Positions 1 through 15,157 of a stretch of 64,000 bases of DNA are shown here, one piece after another. The stretch is from the human T2T-CHM13v2.0 reference genome, Homo sapiens. Made by a program: the position numbers and the translations under genes. Position 1 is the stretch's first letter. The number at the start of each line of letters is the position of its first letter. The stretch lies in NCBI RefSeq assembly GCF_009914755.1, contig NC_060929.1; one strand, 5' to 3'. The notes under the pieces are model-generated. The model did no database searches. It worked only from the letters and a program-made list of their open reading frames with translations, and was not told where the DNA came from.

Positions 1-365
1 TATTATTTTTTGACTTTTAATAATTGTCATTCTGACTGGTTGAGATGGTATCACATTGTGGTTTTGATTTGCATTTCTCTAATAATTAGTGATATTGACA
101 TGTTCCCATGTTTGTTGGTCACAATTACATCTTCTTTTGAAAAGTGTCTGATCATGTCCTTTGCCTATTGTTAACAGAGTTGTTTGTTTCTTGCTTGTTG
201 ATTTCTTTAAGTTTCTTATAGATTCTTAAACATTATTAGACCTTTGTTGGACACATAGATGGCAAGTATTTTCTTACATTCTGTAGGTTTTCTGTTTATT
301 CTGTTGATAGTTTCTTTCACTGTGAGGAAGCTCTTTAGTTTAGTTAGATCCCATTTGTCAATTTT
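1..365 (-). mobile_element. Old LINE-1 fragment (3' part of ORF2, L1PB/L1M class)
   Basis: Matches antisense L1 ORF2 3' region (ttttgatttgcatttctctaat..., gaagctctttagtttagttagatcccatttgtca). Confidence 0.85.
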
Positions 366-460
366 TTTCTGATCCTTTTTTGGCTAAGATCTTCAACAAT
401 TTTTTCTATTTCATCTATATATTACTTATCACTTTAGACTTTCTATATTTATTAAGGTCA

Positions 461-977
<517 letters not shown>

Positions 978-979
<2 letters not shown>

Positions 980-2657
980 AACCACTGCTCAACGAAATAA
1001 AAGAGGACACAAACAAATGGAAGAACATTCCATGCTCATAGATAGGAAGAATCAATATCGTGAAAATGGCCATACTGCCCAAGGTAATTTATAGATTCAA
1101 TGCCATCCCCATCAAGCTACCAATGACTTTCTTCACAGAATTGGAAAAAACTACTTTAAAGTTCATATGGAACAAAAAAAGGACCCGCATTGCCAAGACA
1201 ATCCTAAGCCAAAAGAACAAAGCTGGAGGCATCATGCTACCTGACTTCAAACTATACTACAAGGCTATAGTAACCAAAACAGCATGGTACTGGTACCAAA
1301 ACAGAGATCTAGACCAATGGAACACAACAGAGCCCTCAAAAATAAAACTACACATCTACAACCATCTGATCTTTGACAAACCTGACAAAAACAAGAAATG
1401 GGGAAAGGATTCCCTATTTAATAAATGGTGATGGGAAAACTGGCTAGCCATATGTAGAAAGCTGAAACTGGATCCCTTCTTTACACCTTATACAAAAATT
1501 AATTCAAGATAGATTAAAGAATTAAATGTTGAACCTAAAACCATAAAAACCCTAGAAGAAAACCTAGGCAATAGCATTCAGGACATAGGCATGGGCAAGG
1601 ACTTCATGTCTAAAACACCAAAAGCAATGGCAACAAAAGCCAAAATTGACAAATGGGATCTAATTAAACTAAAGAGCTTCTGCACAGCAAAAGAAACTAC
1701 CATCAGAGTGAACAGGCAACCTACAGAATGGGAGAAAATTTTTGCAATCTACTCATCTGACAAAGGGCTAATATCCAGAGTCTACAAAGAACTCAAACAA
1801 ATTTACAAGAAAAAAACAAACAACCCCATCACAAAGTAGGCGAAGGATATGAACAGATACTTCTCAAAAGAAGACATTTATGCAGGCAACAGACACATGA
1901 AAAAACGCTCATCATCACTGGCCATCAGAGAAATGCAAATCAAAACCACAATAAGATACCATCTCACACCAGTTAGAATGGCGATCATTAAAAGGTCAGG
2001 AAACAACAGGTGCTGGAGAAGATGTGGAGAAATAGGAACACTTTTACACTGTTAGTGGGACTGTAAACTAGTTCAACCATTGTGGAAGACAGTATGGCAA
2101 TTCCTCAAGGATCTAGAACTAGAAATACCATTTGACCCAGCCATCCCATTACTGGGTATATACCCAAAGGATTATAAATCATGCTGCTATAAAGACACAT
2201 GCACATTTATGTTTATTGCGGCACTATTCACAATAGCAAAGACTTGGAACCAACCCAGATGTCCATCAATGATAGACTGGATTAAGGAAATGTGGCACAT
2301 ATACACCAGGGAATACTATGCATCCATAAAAAAGGATGAGTTCATGTCCTTTGTAGGGACATGGATGAAGCTGGAAACCATCATTCTCAATAAACTATCG
2401 CAAGGACAAAAAACCAAACACCGCATGTTTTCACTCATAGGTGGGAATTGAACAATGAGAACACATGGACACAGGAAGGGGGACATAACACACCGGGGCC
2501 TGTCGTGGGGTTGAGGGAGTGGGGAGGGATAGCATTAGGAGATATACCTAATGTAAATGACGAGTTAATGGGTGCAGCACACCAACATGGCGCATGTATA
2601 CATATGTAACGAAACTGCACGTTGTGCACATGTACCCTAAAACTTAAAGTATAATTT
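978..2657 (+). mobile_element. L1PA4-like 3' segment (ORF2 C-terminal part with stops, 3' UTR)
   Basis: ORF2 peptides ([18 protein letters not shown]..., [15 protein letters not shown]); 3' UTR gatatacctaatgtaaatgacgagttaatggg; TSD aaaaattacccatttca at 485-501 and 2660-2676. Confidence 0.92.
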
Positions 2658-2676
2658 TTAAAAATTACCCATTTCA

Positions 2677-3870
2677 TCTAGATTTTTAAATGCAATGAGA
2701 GGATTGTGCAAAATAGTCTTTAGTGACTTTAAATGTCCTCTGTTTTAAAGAGTATTTCTTCTTTGTCATTTCTAACTTTAAGTGTTTATTCTCCTTTTTA
2801 TTACTTAGGTTAGCTAGTGCTTTGTATATATTTACTTTTGTTTTCAAAGAATCAGCTTTGGGTTTGCTTATTAATTCTGATCTTCTCTGTGTTTTCTTTT
2901 TAACTTTTATTTTAGGTTCAGGGATACATGTGTAAGTTTGTTATATAGATAAATTCATGTCACAGGGGTTTGTTGTACAGACGATTTCATCACCCAGGTA
3001 CTAAACCTAGTACTCAATAGTTATTTTTTCTGTTTCTCTCTCTCCTCCCACCCTTCATCCTCAAGTAGATCCTAGTATCTGTTGTTCCTTTCTTTGTGTC
3101 CATGAGTTCTCATCATTTAGCTGAATTTCACTCTTCTCTGTTTTCTGATGGAATTCTGCTTTTATGAATTTCTACTGTTTTCTTTTGGTCAACTTGTTTT
3201 TTCCTTTCTAGAATTTGAATTAAGTTTCTAGTTTATTTATTTTCAGAATTTAGTTTTTAATATTATGTGTATTTAATGCTCTAAAATTTTTCTCTAATAC
3301 TTTTTAGCTGCATGCCATAAATCCTGATTTTTAAATTTTGCTTTTAATACTGTTAATTTTCAAGCCAGTCTGTGAGCCAAGAGTTGTTTAGTAACATATT
3401 TTTTCTTTCTTTTAATTTTCAGGTAAAGGGCCTTTCTAATTTGGTTTTGTTATAATTTGTTTTAGCCCACTGCATCTAGAGAATGCTTTTTGTATTATTA
3501 CTAGTCTTTGGTAGTCGTTAAGTTTATATGTATGACCTATGATATGATCCATTTTTATGAACATTAAATGTACACTTGAAAAGAAACTATATTCTATATT
3601 ATCTGGGTTCATAGTTTGATATTTGTAAGATCTATCTCATTGACTATGTTATTTACGTCTTCTAAATTCCTACTCATTTTCAGGTCATTTGATTTATCTC
3701 AGATTAAGAGAGATGTGTTAAAATCTCTCATAATTACCATGTCTGTGTCAATTCATCTTTGTATCTTTTGTAGCTTCTGCTTTATGAAATGATTGCTGTA
3801 CTACTGAGAATATAAATATTAATAACTGACACACCTTAATTGTGAATTGTAATTGCTGTCATTAGAGGCT
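2677..3870 (-). mobile_element. Highly decayed L1M fragment, interrupted by a younger L1 3' end
   Basis: T-rich, with degenerate resemblance to antisense L1 ORF2 endonuclease region. Confidence 0.55.
2895..3122 (-). mobile_element. Short L1PA13-16-like 3' end
   Basis: ttttaacttttattttaggttcagggatacatgtg...catcacccaggtactaa; degenerate TSD tcttctctgt(gt)tttc on both sides. Confidence 0.8.
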
Positions 3871-4271
3871 CCATTCTTGCTAATACATATATATATATAT
3901 ATTTTTTTTTCCCTTGTTAGAGAAAAATGTCACAACCTCTTCTTTGTTTTTGTTTGCATTTGCCTTGTCTACTTTATATTATTCCTCTCCAAATATCTTC
4001 ATTTTAGATTTGTCTATTGTATGCAGCAGCATTTTATTTTGCTAACCAGTCAGAAAATTGTGTTATTTTCTTCTCTTACTAAGTTGATAAGTCCAGTTAC
4101 CTTTATTGATAAATTGACCAACTGAAGCACCTTTCCAGAACTGAGAAAAATGTCTGGGAGAAACATCCAAATTTATTATAACAGGTATAATAGGACAAAG
4201 GGAAATTTAGAAATCCAGATGAAATAAGAGAAGGGCAACAAAGGAAGATCTTAGAAAGTACAAGATCATAT

Positions 4272-4312
4272 GTGAGTGTGTGTGTGTATGTGTGTGTGTG
4301 CATGTGTGTGTG
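4272..4312. repeat. Imperfect (TG)n microsatellite
   Basis: Visible dinucleotide run. Confidence 0.9.
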
Positions 4313-4729
4313 TTGCAAAAATAGCAGAAGGAGCTGTAACTTAATAAAGATAGAAAAGGAATCCTGTTCCACTCTTCCTTCCTAAAAATCTTTTTTAAGA
4401 CATGATCAGTGTCTTCTTCTGCCACTGCTTTTTCCGAAACCTTAATTAATCAAACCATTAAAATAAAAATACTTCCCAGGCGTCTACTCTCTGATTATAA
4501 TACAAACACTACTCCTTTTAGTTAGCTCCCATCAAAAAGGGATCAGAGAAAGTGTTTTGTAGGTGCGGAATAGTATTTGTCTTCTAATGTTCTCTGTACT
4601 TATTTCAAAAAACATTGCTTCCACAAAATGTTTGGCTTCTGAGCAGTTCTTATACTTCAGAAATTCTTATTCATTACTCTATAAGTTTTTCAGCAACTAA
4701 TCCCTTTATGCTGCTGCAACAGCCACTAA

Positions 4730-4948
4730 CAACTATCATTTGAAAGTTTACTACATCTCTCAGCACATGTTTAAGTTCCTTAGATAAATTATCCAAATCA
4801 ATAACATGTTGAATCAGATAATATTATTATCTTTATTTTACAAAAGAAGAAACTAAACGCATAGAAGTTTTAAAACTTGCCCAAGGTCATGCTCCTGGTA
4901 AGTGGTTTGAACCCCAGTCTGTCTGGTTCCAGAATCAGATCTCTTAAC
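4730..4948 (-). mobile_element. MIR
   Basis: Core ttttacaaaagaagaaact...aacttgcccaaggtca...gaaccccagtctgtctgg. Confidence 0.8.
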
Positions 4949-5744
4949 GTTTAAATTAAATTGATCTGTGTTTGTACTAAATAGTTGGTAGTATGTTTGA
5001 GATGGCGGAGTATTAGCCACACTTTCAGATGATAACACCGGCTCATACAATTGATGCCATTCATCCAGTATCACAGAGTACTATGGGAGGAAGTAGATTT
5101 TCAGAGTCTTAATACAACATTGCTTTCCTTAGAGTACAGCAGCTTAATAAATATTCATTTAAGGAACATGGAAGCAGATTTTTTCAGATAAGAGAGGCCC
5201 TTCTTCATCATTAGATTTTATTATATCGATTTTTAACTCCCCCACCCCTGCACTTATCCAGTGTCAGTTTGTTTATTTAATTTAGCCAAAGGGCACAACC
5301 GTTAAAACAGGAGGTTTCCAAGTAAAACACACATAAAAGACCGAATGGGAACACAAATGAGTAAAATAGCCTTAGTAACATCTTCAAACTAAACATCTAA
5401 AAGCAGGCACCTGCTATTTGGCTCTAGCCAATTGCTGCAAAGTGGAACTATAGGCCTCTGTCTTATAGAATCTTCCAGTTTTTTCATGAAAAATCACAAA
5501 TCTAGATTTGATTATTAAATGTTCACACTTTCAGATGATTGACATCTAAATCAAAAACTCTGTTGTCTAATAAAAAAGCCCTGCAATCTCATGTCCTGCC
5601 AGTTCTTGGCATGTTCCTTAAAGAAATATATATGAATGCTTTTATGATCAGTAGAAGGAAAAAAATCAAGATGAGAAGAGTGGTATAACCAAAAGCTTTC
5701 ATGCTTTCACTGAACTTATCATATACCTGTATTGGGGCTGGCTG

Positions 5745-5965
5745 ATTAAATATAATGGTGAATAAACCAGAGAACATTGCTGCCCTAGTGAAACTCACAG
5801 TTTAAAGTGGAAAACAGACAAGAGAACAGAAATTACAGCATGGTGAGGCAAGTCACAGCAGCGGGTACTTCAGGGGCCTGTGGAAACTCGATGAAGGGGC
5901 AAATAACATGGGCCTAATGAGTAACAGAAGTTTTTCTGGAAAAAGTAGCATCACAGCTGAGACTT
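5745..5965 (-). mobile_element. L2 fragment
   Basis: tggtgaataaa...ctgccctagtgaaactcacagtttaaagtggaaaacagaca resembles antisense L2 3' region. Confidence 0.6.
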
Positions 5966-5991
5966 ACAAGAATAAGCAGAACTATTAATAA

Positions 5992-6409
<418 letters not shown>

Positions 6410-6569
6410 TACGGAGAAGTTTTATTATTGTTATGTACATTTTACAGATGAAGAAATTTAAGTAACTTGCTCATGATTACTTGAACCCAACCCAGGGCTC
6501 AAATTAGATTTGATTTGAGGGTGTCTGACTCCAAAATCCAGGCACATTATTTATAACAATAGTAGCAAG

Positions 6570-6800
6570 GATCATATATTTATTGAATACTTACTATGTG
6601 CTAGTCATTGTTCTAAGTATTCTACCTTGATTGATTTCTCATTTGTTTTTCATGACAATCTTATCAGGTACTGTGATTATTACTGTTTTCTGGTTGAGGA
6701 ACTGAGAAAAGTTCAGCAAATTTCCCATAGTGTTACATAGCTATTAGGTGTAAGACCTGGGACGTGAACTAAGGAAGTTTGAGTACTTTTAGCCACTAGG
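6570..6800 (-). mobile_element. MIR
   Basis: atttattgaatacttactatgtgctagtcattgttctaag... MIR 3' part, antisense. Confidence 0.75.
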
Positions 6801-8369
6801 CAAGGAGACTGTGGGCAGGATGAGGGTGTTGAGTGTTCTGAGTAAAAGGAAGCCCATATATGCAGACATGAAAGTAAGAGAAAACATGTCCTATAGACGG
6901 AATTTAAAAAATAGTATGGCTAGACCTGACAAGAAAAAGTTATGAAATATTGCTTGACATTCAACTTGGGTACAAAACTGAAAGCTTATAGTGATTGGTA
7001 TGCTTTTTGTATTAAGTGCTTGGAGACCTTAACTGTCAGATGGAAACAGCTGATGGGGTACCAGTTCCAGCTTCATTCATTCCATCTGCTGATGTGCCTA
7101 GGAAAACTATCTTTCTCTTCCCAATGGGCAGGGGTATGACGTTCTCCAAAATACTTGTAAATTGGAGTCTGGTTTCTACGAGTCTAGGCTAGAAAAGGCA
7201 TCATTTCCTAACAACAAGGCTCCTGATTTTTGGTTAATTCCATTTAGCCAGTGCTTCCTCCCTATCATCCCACCTCCTTCTCCAGGGAACATTTAGTTCC
7301 CCAAATTGAAAGCACCATTGTAAAAGGCAGGGTTCTCATCCAGGAAATTTTGAAACATAATGCTCCAGCTTCATTTGACAACACTAGGAGCTTGTCAGCA
7401 TGTGGTCCATTTGGGGATTATTTTTTTCTTCTGTGTGCAGCATTTTAAAAATGTAAAAGAGAACAAACCCAATGGAGAAGGAGGAGGAAAATGAAAACCT
7501 ATTCTTACCCCTTGCATAATAGAGGCAAGACTCAAGAAGACTTGTTAAAAGAGGATAAAGCAGATTTTCCATTCTATGTGTGGTTCTGATGTTTCAAAGA
7601 TTGCATGTAATATTTCTATAAAGACGAGGAAACAGACTGGCGTTATCAATCAGGGGTCAGGTAAACAGGCATCTGCCTGGCTCTACTACTGATCTGCTTG
7701 GCACTGGTTGGAAAATAGACTCATTTTTTAATATAGCTTCTGGTTTTTAAAATTGTTATTATTTCGTATCCCATTTGCCTATACTTTGGGGGGAACTGGA
7801 CTTATTTTTGATTCATCATTGCTGCCCTCTCCTCCAGTGCAAAACATTGCTGAACCAGAGTATCTCTTAGGTCAACCTCAAATATTCAGTGGCTCTATAA
7901 CTTCAGCAGAGAAAAAAAAACAGGCTATAGCTGTTTGTGGAAAAGAAAGTTTGAAATAAACAAAAAAAATTGTATAAAACATCGAATTTCTGGCCATAGT
8001 ACACATTGAACATTCAATTAACTTCTTATCTGGCTGCTTGGCATGGAGCCTTTATTTGTAAATCAATTTTTCCTGAAGGTGGAGTGAATTGAAGATTCAA
8101 TTTTAATCATGCAAAAACCTGAGTATTCTTAGTTATAAATTCTCTACTGAACTCCGAGGGAAGCCGTCTGTCTCCCTTAGTAATATGGAGCCAAGTTGAA
8201 GGAACAGGAGGTGACAGAGCTGGGTTGGGTCTGCATAAGCAGTACTGACTGTCTATGATTAAGCAGCCTGTCTTTTTAGTCGCTACATTTTGCCTGAGGA
8301 GACCATGAATGGGGTGTCTAATGACCCAATTTCTATGATGCTATAGAGGTAGTGTCCATACACTCAAAC

Positions 8370-8545
8370 TAACAGTAGCTAATATGTGGTGGGGCTCACT
8401 ATGTGCCAGGCACTCTGTTAAGCTCCTTATTTTTATTAATTTATTTGATCTGTGTAATAACCCTATGAAAAAAGTACTGCTATATTTTATGTTTTATAGG
8501 TAAGGAAATTGAAGCTGGAATGCTAAATAATGTTCTCCAGTTGAA
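8370..8545 (-). mobile_element. MIR
   Basis: ctcactatgtgccaggcactctgttaag...aataaccctatga...ttttataggtaaggaaattgaagc. Confidence 0.75.
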
Positions 8546-8561
8546 TAATTAAGTGGTCAAG

Positions 8562-8860
8562 CCATTCGTTCTTTTATTCAACAACTATTTAGTGCTTACT
8601 GTGTGATCAGGCATCCTTTAAGGCAGTTGGGATAAACCAGTGAATAAAATAAACAAGGATGCCTATCCTCAAAGAGTTTACATTAGAGTGGGGATAGATA
8701 AACCATATACAATGAACACAAGAAATAAGTTTAAAAAATTGCATACTAGAAGGTGATTAGTGCTACAGAAAAAAGGAAGGATCAGGTTAAGGAGGATCTA
8801 GGAGTACTGAAAAAAGCCAGAGACTAGGTTAATTGTTGCCATTGTAAAATGACCCAAGTA
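8562..8860 (-). mobile_element. L2 3' end
   Basis: cattcgttcttttattcaacaactatttagtgcttactgtgtg... typical antisense L2 tail. Confidence 0.75.
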
Positions 8861-8863
8861 GGG

Positions 8864-9234
8864 CGATATGGTTTGGCTTTGTGTCCCCACCAAATCTCAT
8901 CTCAAATTGTCATCCTCAGGTATTGAGGATTGTGGGAAGGACCTGGTAGTAGAAGGTGATTGAATCATGGGGGCAGTTTCCCACATGCTGTTCTCATGAT
9001 AGTGAGTGAGTTCCAATCAGATCTGATGGTTTTATAAGCGTTCTTCCTTTGTTGGCTCTCTCTCTGTCTCCTGCCATCTTGTGAAGAAGGTACCTGCTTC
9101 TGTTTCCGCCATGATTGTAAGTTTCCTGAGGTCTCCCCAACCATGTGAAACTGCGAGTCCATTAAGCCTTTTTTCTTTATAAATTACCGAGTCTCAGGTA
9201 TTTCTTTATAGCAGTGTGAAAATGAACTAATACA
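8864..9234 (+). mobile_element. MSTA-like solo LTR (ERVL-MaLR)
   Basis: Begins gatatggtttggctttgtgtccccacc, ends gaactaataca; near-perfect 5-bp TSD taggg/gaggg. Confidence 0.9.
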
Positions 9235-9267
9235 GAGGGCTAAAGGGGTAAAACATAGGAGGAAGCT

Positions 9268-9770
9268 GCTTCTCCTCCTAGTTTTCCTGAAAGTAGAGCA
9301 TGACAAGGACTGGGTAGAGATAGTTTATATTTAAGAAAGGATCTCAGGGTAGCAGGAGTGAGAAAGTGAGAAGAATGAGATGAGAAAGGGAAGAAAAGCC
9401 AAAAATTGATGCATCATGAAGGCTATTGACTGTAAGCAAAAAGGGCTTGATTTGTCTTATGAGAAGAATTCAGAATTCCTCTCAGAATGTACATCTGAAG
9501 GCCAGAAAGTTGGGGTAGTTAGCCAATTACATTGGTTGAGGATTTTCTCTAGGAGTGTTAACTCGCTTTAATTTCTGTGCTGCAGTTGAATATAGGCTAA
9601 GTGTATCCTGTGGCTTGAGAGAGAGCCCTGAAGCACAAAAGCTAAACGACAATGGCAAGCCCTCTCATGGAACACTGTCAGCATGCTGGGCTCTATCCAT
9701 CACAGTGTAGCTGAAATAAAAAGTGAGTCAAGGGCGTGTGAGGCAGGGTACATAAAAGATCTATTATCTG
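9268..9770 (-). mobile_element. Old ERVL-type LTR (LTR16/LTR33/LTR41 class)
   Basis: ttttcctgaaagtagagcatgacaaggactgggtagagatagtttatatt... resembles antisense ERVL LTR terminus. Confidence 0.5.
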
Positions 9771-9939
9771 CATCTTTTTTCTCTCTCATGACTCTATCTG
9801 GCAGAATCTAAGAGAAAGTCATTGGCAAGGGACTCTGGGATGTACAGCTTTAAGATTATCGGTATCAGCACCAGTATCAATGAGCAGAGTTTCAAAGAGT
9901 AAATTTGAAAATGAGAGTCATTAGATGAATAAACAGCAC

Positions 9940-10210
9940 AATATGTAAGTGGAGATGCTGAATAGCCCATTGGATGTGCACATCAAAAGAGAGGTCTTAG
10001 ATGGGGTATATATCAGAATATAGATGGTATTTAAAGCCAAGATAGGATGAGAACACTAAAGAAGCAGATATAGATAGAAAGAGCAGTGTGTATAAAGAAT
10101 GAGCACTCTATCATTAGGAGGATGGGAAGAAGAGAAAAAAAACAATAAAGGTTATTGAAGAATGGTCAACAAAGTAGAAGGAAGACCAAGAGAGGGTTGT
10201 GCCCTAGAGT
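9940..10210 (-). mobile_element. L2 fragment
   Basis: gtggagatgctgaatagcccattggatgtg...agatggtatttaaagcca. Confidence 0.7.
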
Positions 10211-10959
10211 AGGGGAAAAGTTAGATTTGACCAGGTTGCATTTTGCTAGACCATAGAAAGAGAAAAATGAATCAAGAGACTGATTGTAACAATTGATATA
10301 GGATAAGGAGGATAGTGAAGCCATCAACAGAAAGGATAGAGGTAATCTGATAGAATCCATGGATTGGAGAACATAGTAGAGTTGAAGGATTATTGGGGTC
10401 AATATTAGAAGCTGTGAGTTAAAAAGAGAGAAGATGGTCAGGGAGAGCGATGCATGAAATGAAAATAATGGAAAGTTTATTAGTCATACATTGAAATTAG
10501 AAAATCTGGCTCCAGAAACTAATTCATTGAATTGTAATGACTTTTTGGCTTGGGTTTTCTTAGTAACTGCCTCGGTTCTGACCTATGTCGACTCTGCAAC
10601 TTTAGACTCAATATAAATTAGCTAAGCTAATAACACATCTATGTGAAACAATATTATACTGTAAGATACAGAAAGGAATATCATGTATTTTATCACTTCT
10701 CAAGATGGAGGAGATTTCATGCTCATTTTTACCTAAGTCCCTGTTATTACTTTTAATGACCTTGGATAATTGCCAGGGAAATTCTGTGGTTCTAGCTGAA
10801 ATATAATTTTACAATGAATTCAAAATGCTTCATTTAAAAAGGAAGCCAGTTTCAAGGCTCCAAAAGAATGAACATACTGCTGCTTTTGATAATTCAGGAA
10901 CTCATAGTTCTGTTGCAAACTGGTGTTAAGTGAGTTAAAGATTAAAAAACAGATTTTGC

Positions 10960-11440
10960 TGTTTCCCCTTTCTCTCCAGCCCCAGAGTTTATTGCAGCAG
11001 CCTCTAACTGGTTTCTCTTTCTGTAGCTTTTTACTCATTGCAGCTCATCTAGCTCTCAGTTTCTTCAGGTGCAGTTTTATCATTTCATTTTCTCTTCTGA
11101 AACTTAAATAGCTTCCAGTGGTTTAAAAATATAATTCAAATATCTTAGTTTGGTATTTGAGGCCATTCATGACCTAATCCCAGCCTAGCCTTTTTTTTTT
11201 TTTATCATGACTGACTTAATACTGTCTATATTTCATCCAAACTTAAGTTTCTGACATTCTTAATTTATGGCAAACATTTTCCTAATTTGATGACTATTCA
11301 TATTTTTTCCATCTGCTAGGAAGTTCTTTTCTCTGCCTCTTCAAATACTTAATTTCAATATACTATTTGAGAACCAGTGAAAGTTCTTTTCTCCATCCTT
11401 TTACGATAATCTCAGCTGGAAGTGACCTTTTCTACCATAG
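10960..11440 (+). mobile_element. L2 fragment
   Basis: ttattgcagcagcctctaactggtttctc...ttcaaatatcttagtttggtatttgaggccattcatgacct. Confidence 0.6.
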
Positions 11441-11854
11441 ATGACCCTTTGTTATGTACTCCATACTTCTTCTGTGACACATGGTTTAGGAAGAAATTCC
11501 ATTATTTATAGGTCATTGAATTTCTGTAAAAGAAAGTCCACTTTACATTTCTCTCAGATCTTGAGAGGGGACAGAGGTGAGTTGGTGCTGACAAAAGCTT
11601 AAAGTTCATGAATGGGAAAGATGAATAACCCAAGATATTACAAGGAAGGGTGGGACACAGACAGGACGATGATGATGGTGCATAACTTGAAGATTCGCCA
11701 GGTAAAGAATTTCTTCCCTAATTATGGAAGCAATTCATTTTTATCAGCAAATATTTCTGGAATATCCACACATTCTAGGCAGAAAACAAGCAGAAAAAGA
11801 AATACGCTCTCTGACCTTATGAAGATTAAATTACAAACAGGTTGGAGGTTTGAT

Positions 11855-12460
11855 GTGATACCCAACCTCAGTTTTCGCGATTCCCTAGAGGGCTCTCAGG
11901 ACACAGAAAGGCTGCCACAGTCATTATTACAGTTTATTATATCTAAAGAATACAGATTAAAATCAGCAAAGGTAGATGGCATGGCAAGAAACCAGGTGCA
12001 GGCTTCCAAGTGTCTCCCATGGAGGAACACAGACAGGACTTAATTTTCTGAGAAACTATGTGTGATAACATGTACAAAATATTGCCAACCAGAGAAGCTC
12101 TCCTGAGCTTTGGTGTCCAAGTTTTTTATTGGAAGTCAGTTACATAGGCATGGGGCACCTCTATGACTGACCCTTAGCTACTCATTCTTTAATGCCACCC
12201 CGTAAAAGGTCAAATTTATACAGCAAGGCACAAAGCCTCAGGTGAGTAAAAGCAGGCATTCACCATAAATCACATGAGTAGCATACACTATCAGGCCTGG
12301 GACAAATTCCCAGGAATACAGTGATACCCTTATCAGATAGAATATTCCAAGGGCTTAGAGGTTTTCTTCTAGGAGCTAGTGAAGAGTCAGTTCTGAAGAC
12401 CTTTGGAGCATATAGGGTTTGGGAAACCCAGGCATGCTAAATTAAGCCTTTATTGCACAT
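11855..12460 (-). mobile_element. MER21/MER77-like ERV LTR
   Basis: agaatacagattaaaatcagcaaagg...gaaaccaggtgcaggcttccaag...ccagagaagctctcctgagctttggtgtcca...ttattgcaca. Confidence 0.7.
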
Positions 12461-12639
12461 TTACATAGTCATAAGACAAAAATATTTGATAAAGTAATGG
12501 GTTCCTAAGGTTTATGAGCATGAATACAGGTAGGGTGTGAGTTTGTATATTAGAATCCCCAATGGAGTTTAAGTAAAATCTGTAATTTTTAAGAACTTCC
12601 TCTTCTGATTCTAATATTTACTCTTCGTAGGAGGACCCT

Positions 12640-12885
12640 GAACATAGTGAGGTATTTACAAGCCCAACTTCTGGAGTCAGATTACTCATGTGGAATCTTA
12701 TCTTTGCTATTTACTAGCTGTTAAGCTTTTGACAAGTCATTTCCACTGTCTTCATTTCCTTACCTAAAAAATGAGACTAGTAATAGCATGTGTATTTTAG
12801 GGTTTTTAAGAATTAAAAGAGTAATATATATTTAGAACAGTGTCTGAGCTATATAGTAAAAGCAATGTAAATGTCTACTGTTATC
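12640..12885 (+). mobile_element. MIR
   Basis: ctggagtcagattac...ttactagctg...tcatttccttacctaaaaaatgag. Confidence 0.75.
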
Positions 12886-13362
12886 TTAAAAATTTCCTAC
12901 TCTAATAGTCTAGTATCTTAGTAATCAGAACTACAAGAATGGACTCTGGATAGTTAACAAGCCCGCCTTGTTTCCTTTTTTGATGGATGCCAATTATGCT
13001 TAGAATTGGATAGTTAGATAACAGGAGGAGATCCTATGGTTAAACACTTGCTTAGCAACCCTTGATTGTGACTAACACTTGAGAAGACTGCTCATCTTTG
13101 GCCATTAACATCCCACTATAGTTTAACATGTAGTAATACACTTTTGCAGAATCATCCATTTCGTAAGTTGAAAGCCAGCTAATAGCTCTGATTCAAATAA
13201 ATCCCCTCTTGACCAAAAAATAGACTAATATTTTAGGATTTAATAGTTATTCAATTGCAAGTTAAATTACTGACAACATATAAAGTGATAGCTACTAGGG
13301 CTGACATGTTGCCTGGAACACTTCAGATAGATTGCTACACACACAAAAGTGTTTCAGTCTCA

Positions 13363-13753
<391 letters not shown>

Positions 13754-14559
13754 TCATATCAAAGAAAAAACTATAAATTGTATATGAACACTACTATTTT
13801 AATATACCATGTATCATAAAATATTTGAAATGTTTTAGAGGATATAATTAAACTATTGAAATAGAGATTATAGAATAAAAATGACAAATAAGATTTAACT
13901 TTATATTATGTATTATTGGTATAAAATGTGATAAAATGATGCTTTATTATTTCTTTAAAATATTTTTCTAATACTTTATGGTAAACCAATGTGAAACTTT
14001 AGTTCTAAGTTCCATATATCTATTTATGTCAATACTTAAATAGCTGAAAAAAGAGTCTCACAAAGACATGATTCTCTGTAACTTGACTGATTGAGAAAAT
14101 AGCTCAAGTTATACTAATTGATTTTATTTTTAGTTATCCACACAAAGTCAGGGACTATCTTAACTAGTCTGTTTTTAATAAGAGTTTGTTTCTTACTTTC
14201 AAGAGAGTCTCTAAACATGAATACAGAAAAATACCCTCCTTGATATCAAGTACCTTCCAGCTACACTTTACATATTCTGTTACCTGCAATCCCCAGTGAA
14301 CACAAATTTAGGTTCCTCCTGAAGCTCAAATTTGACTGTCACTTCTCTTCACTATGTGGTGGTCAAGTATGGGCCACACAACACTGGTCTAAGATTTATT
14401 GCATTCTATTGTGAAAAAAAGGAAATAAAACTGTAGGTGGCCACAGCACTTACAAAAGACAATATGTTCTCATATAAACAAATTAATTGTGCCAACCTGG
14501 GAAGTAGATAGAAATACTTGGCTGAAAATATTCTAGATGCATATCTTTATGTTGTATTT

Positions 14560-14749
14560 CAGTGATTCTCAAAGTGTTGTCTTGGGACCAGCAGCTTTAA
14601 CATAACGTGGAAACTTGGTAGAAATGCAAATTCTCAGATCCCACTTTAGACCTGCTAAAACTGAAGCTCTGAAGATGGGACCCAGCCCTTTGTGTTTTTA
14701 ACAAGTCCTCCAGGTGATTCTGGTACATGCTAAACTTTCAGAACCATTG
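14560..14749. mobile_element. MER5A (hAT-Charlie MITE)
   Basis: Terminal inverted ends cagtgattctcaaagt...actttcagaaccattg; internal gaaatgcaaattctc. Confidence 0.85.
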
Positions 14750-15157
14750 CTTTAGTATGTCTTCATGATATATATGCTTATTTTTAAAATTTCTGCTAAT
14801 CATGATGACTTCCCATATTGTTGGTGGTTCTCTCAAGGTACCATTTACACATAGGGCAAAGTTCATAGTTTTAGATGGAGGATAATAGTTGGGAAATTAC
14901 CCCAGGTAATTTCCAACATACAGCCAAGGTTAGAGAATGATGCCACATGAAGTCACTTACTCATTCTTATTAGATAGAACCACATAAAAGGATGTAAGAA
15001 AATGGTGGCTATTCAGGCAAAGAATAAAAAATAGCATTTAAGCATCATTTCAAAGTCCACCATTTTGGCTACTATCATTTAAATTAGGGAAGTTAAACCT
15101 GAAAGTGATGATAACAAATCAGAGAATCCCTGAAAGTATCAGGATATATTTGTTGAC

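Noticed and set aside
11612-12043. 143-aa ORF
   Set aside because: No recognisable domain; its 3' half is MER21/MER77-like LTR sequence, so most likely a chance ORF
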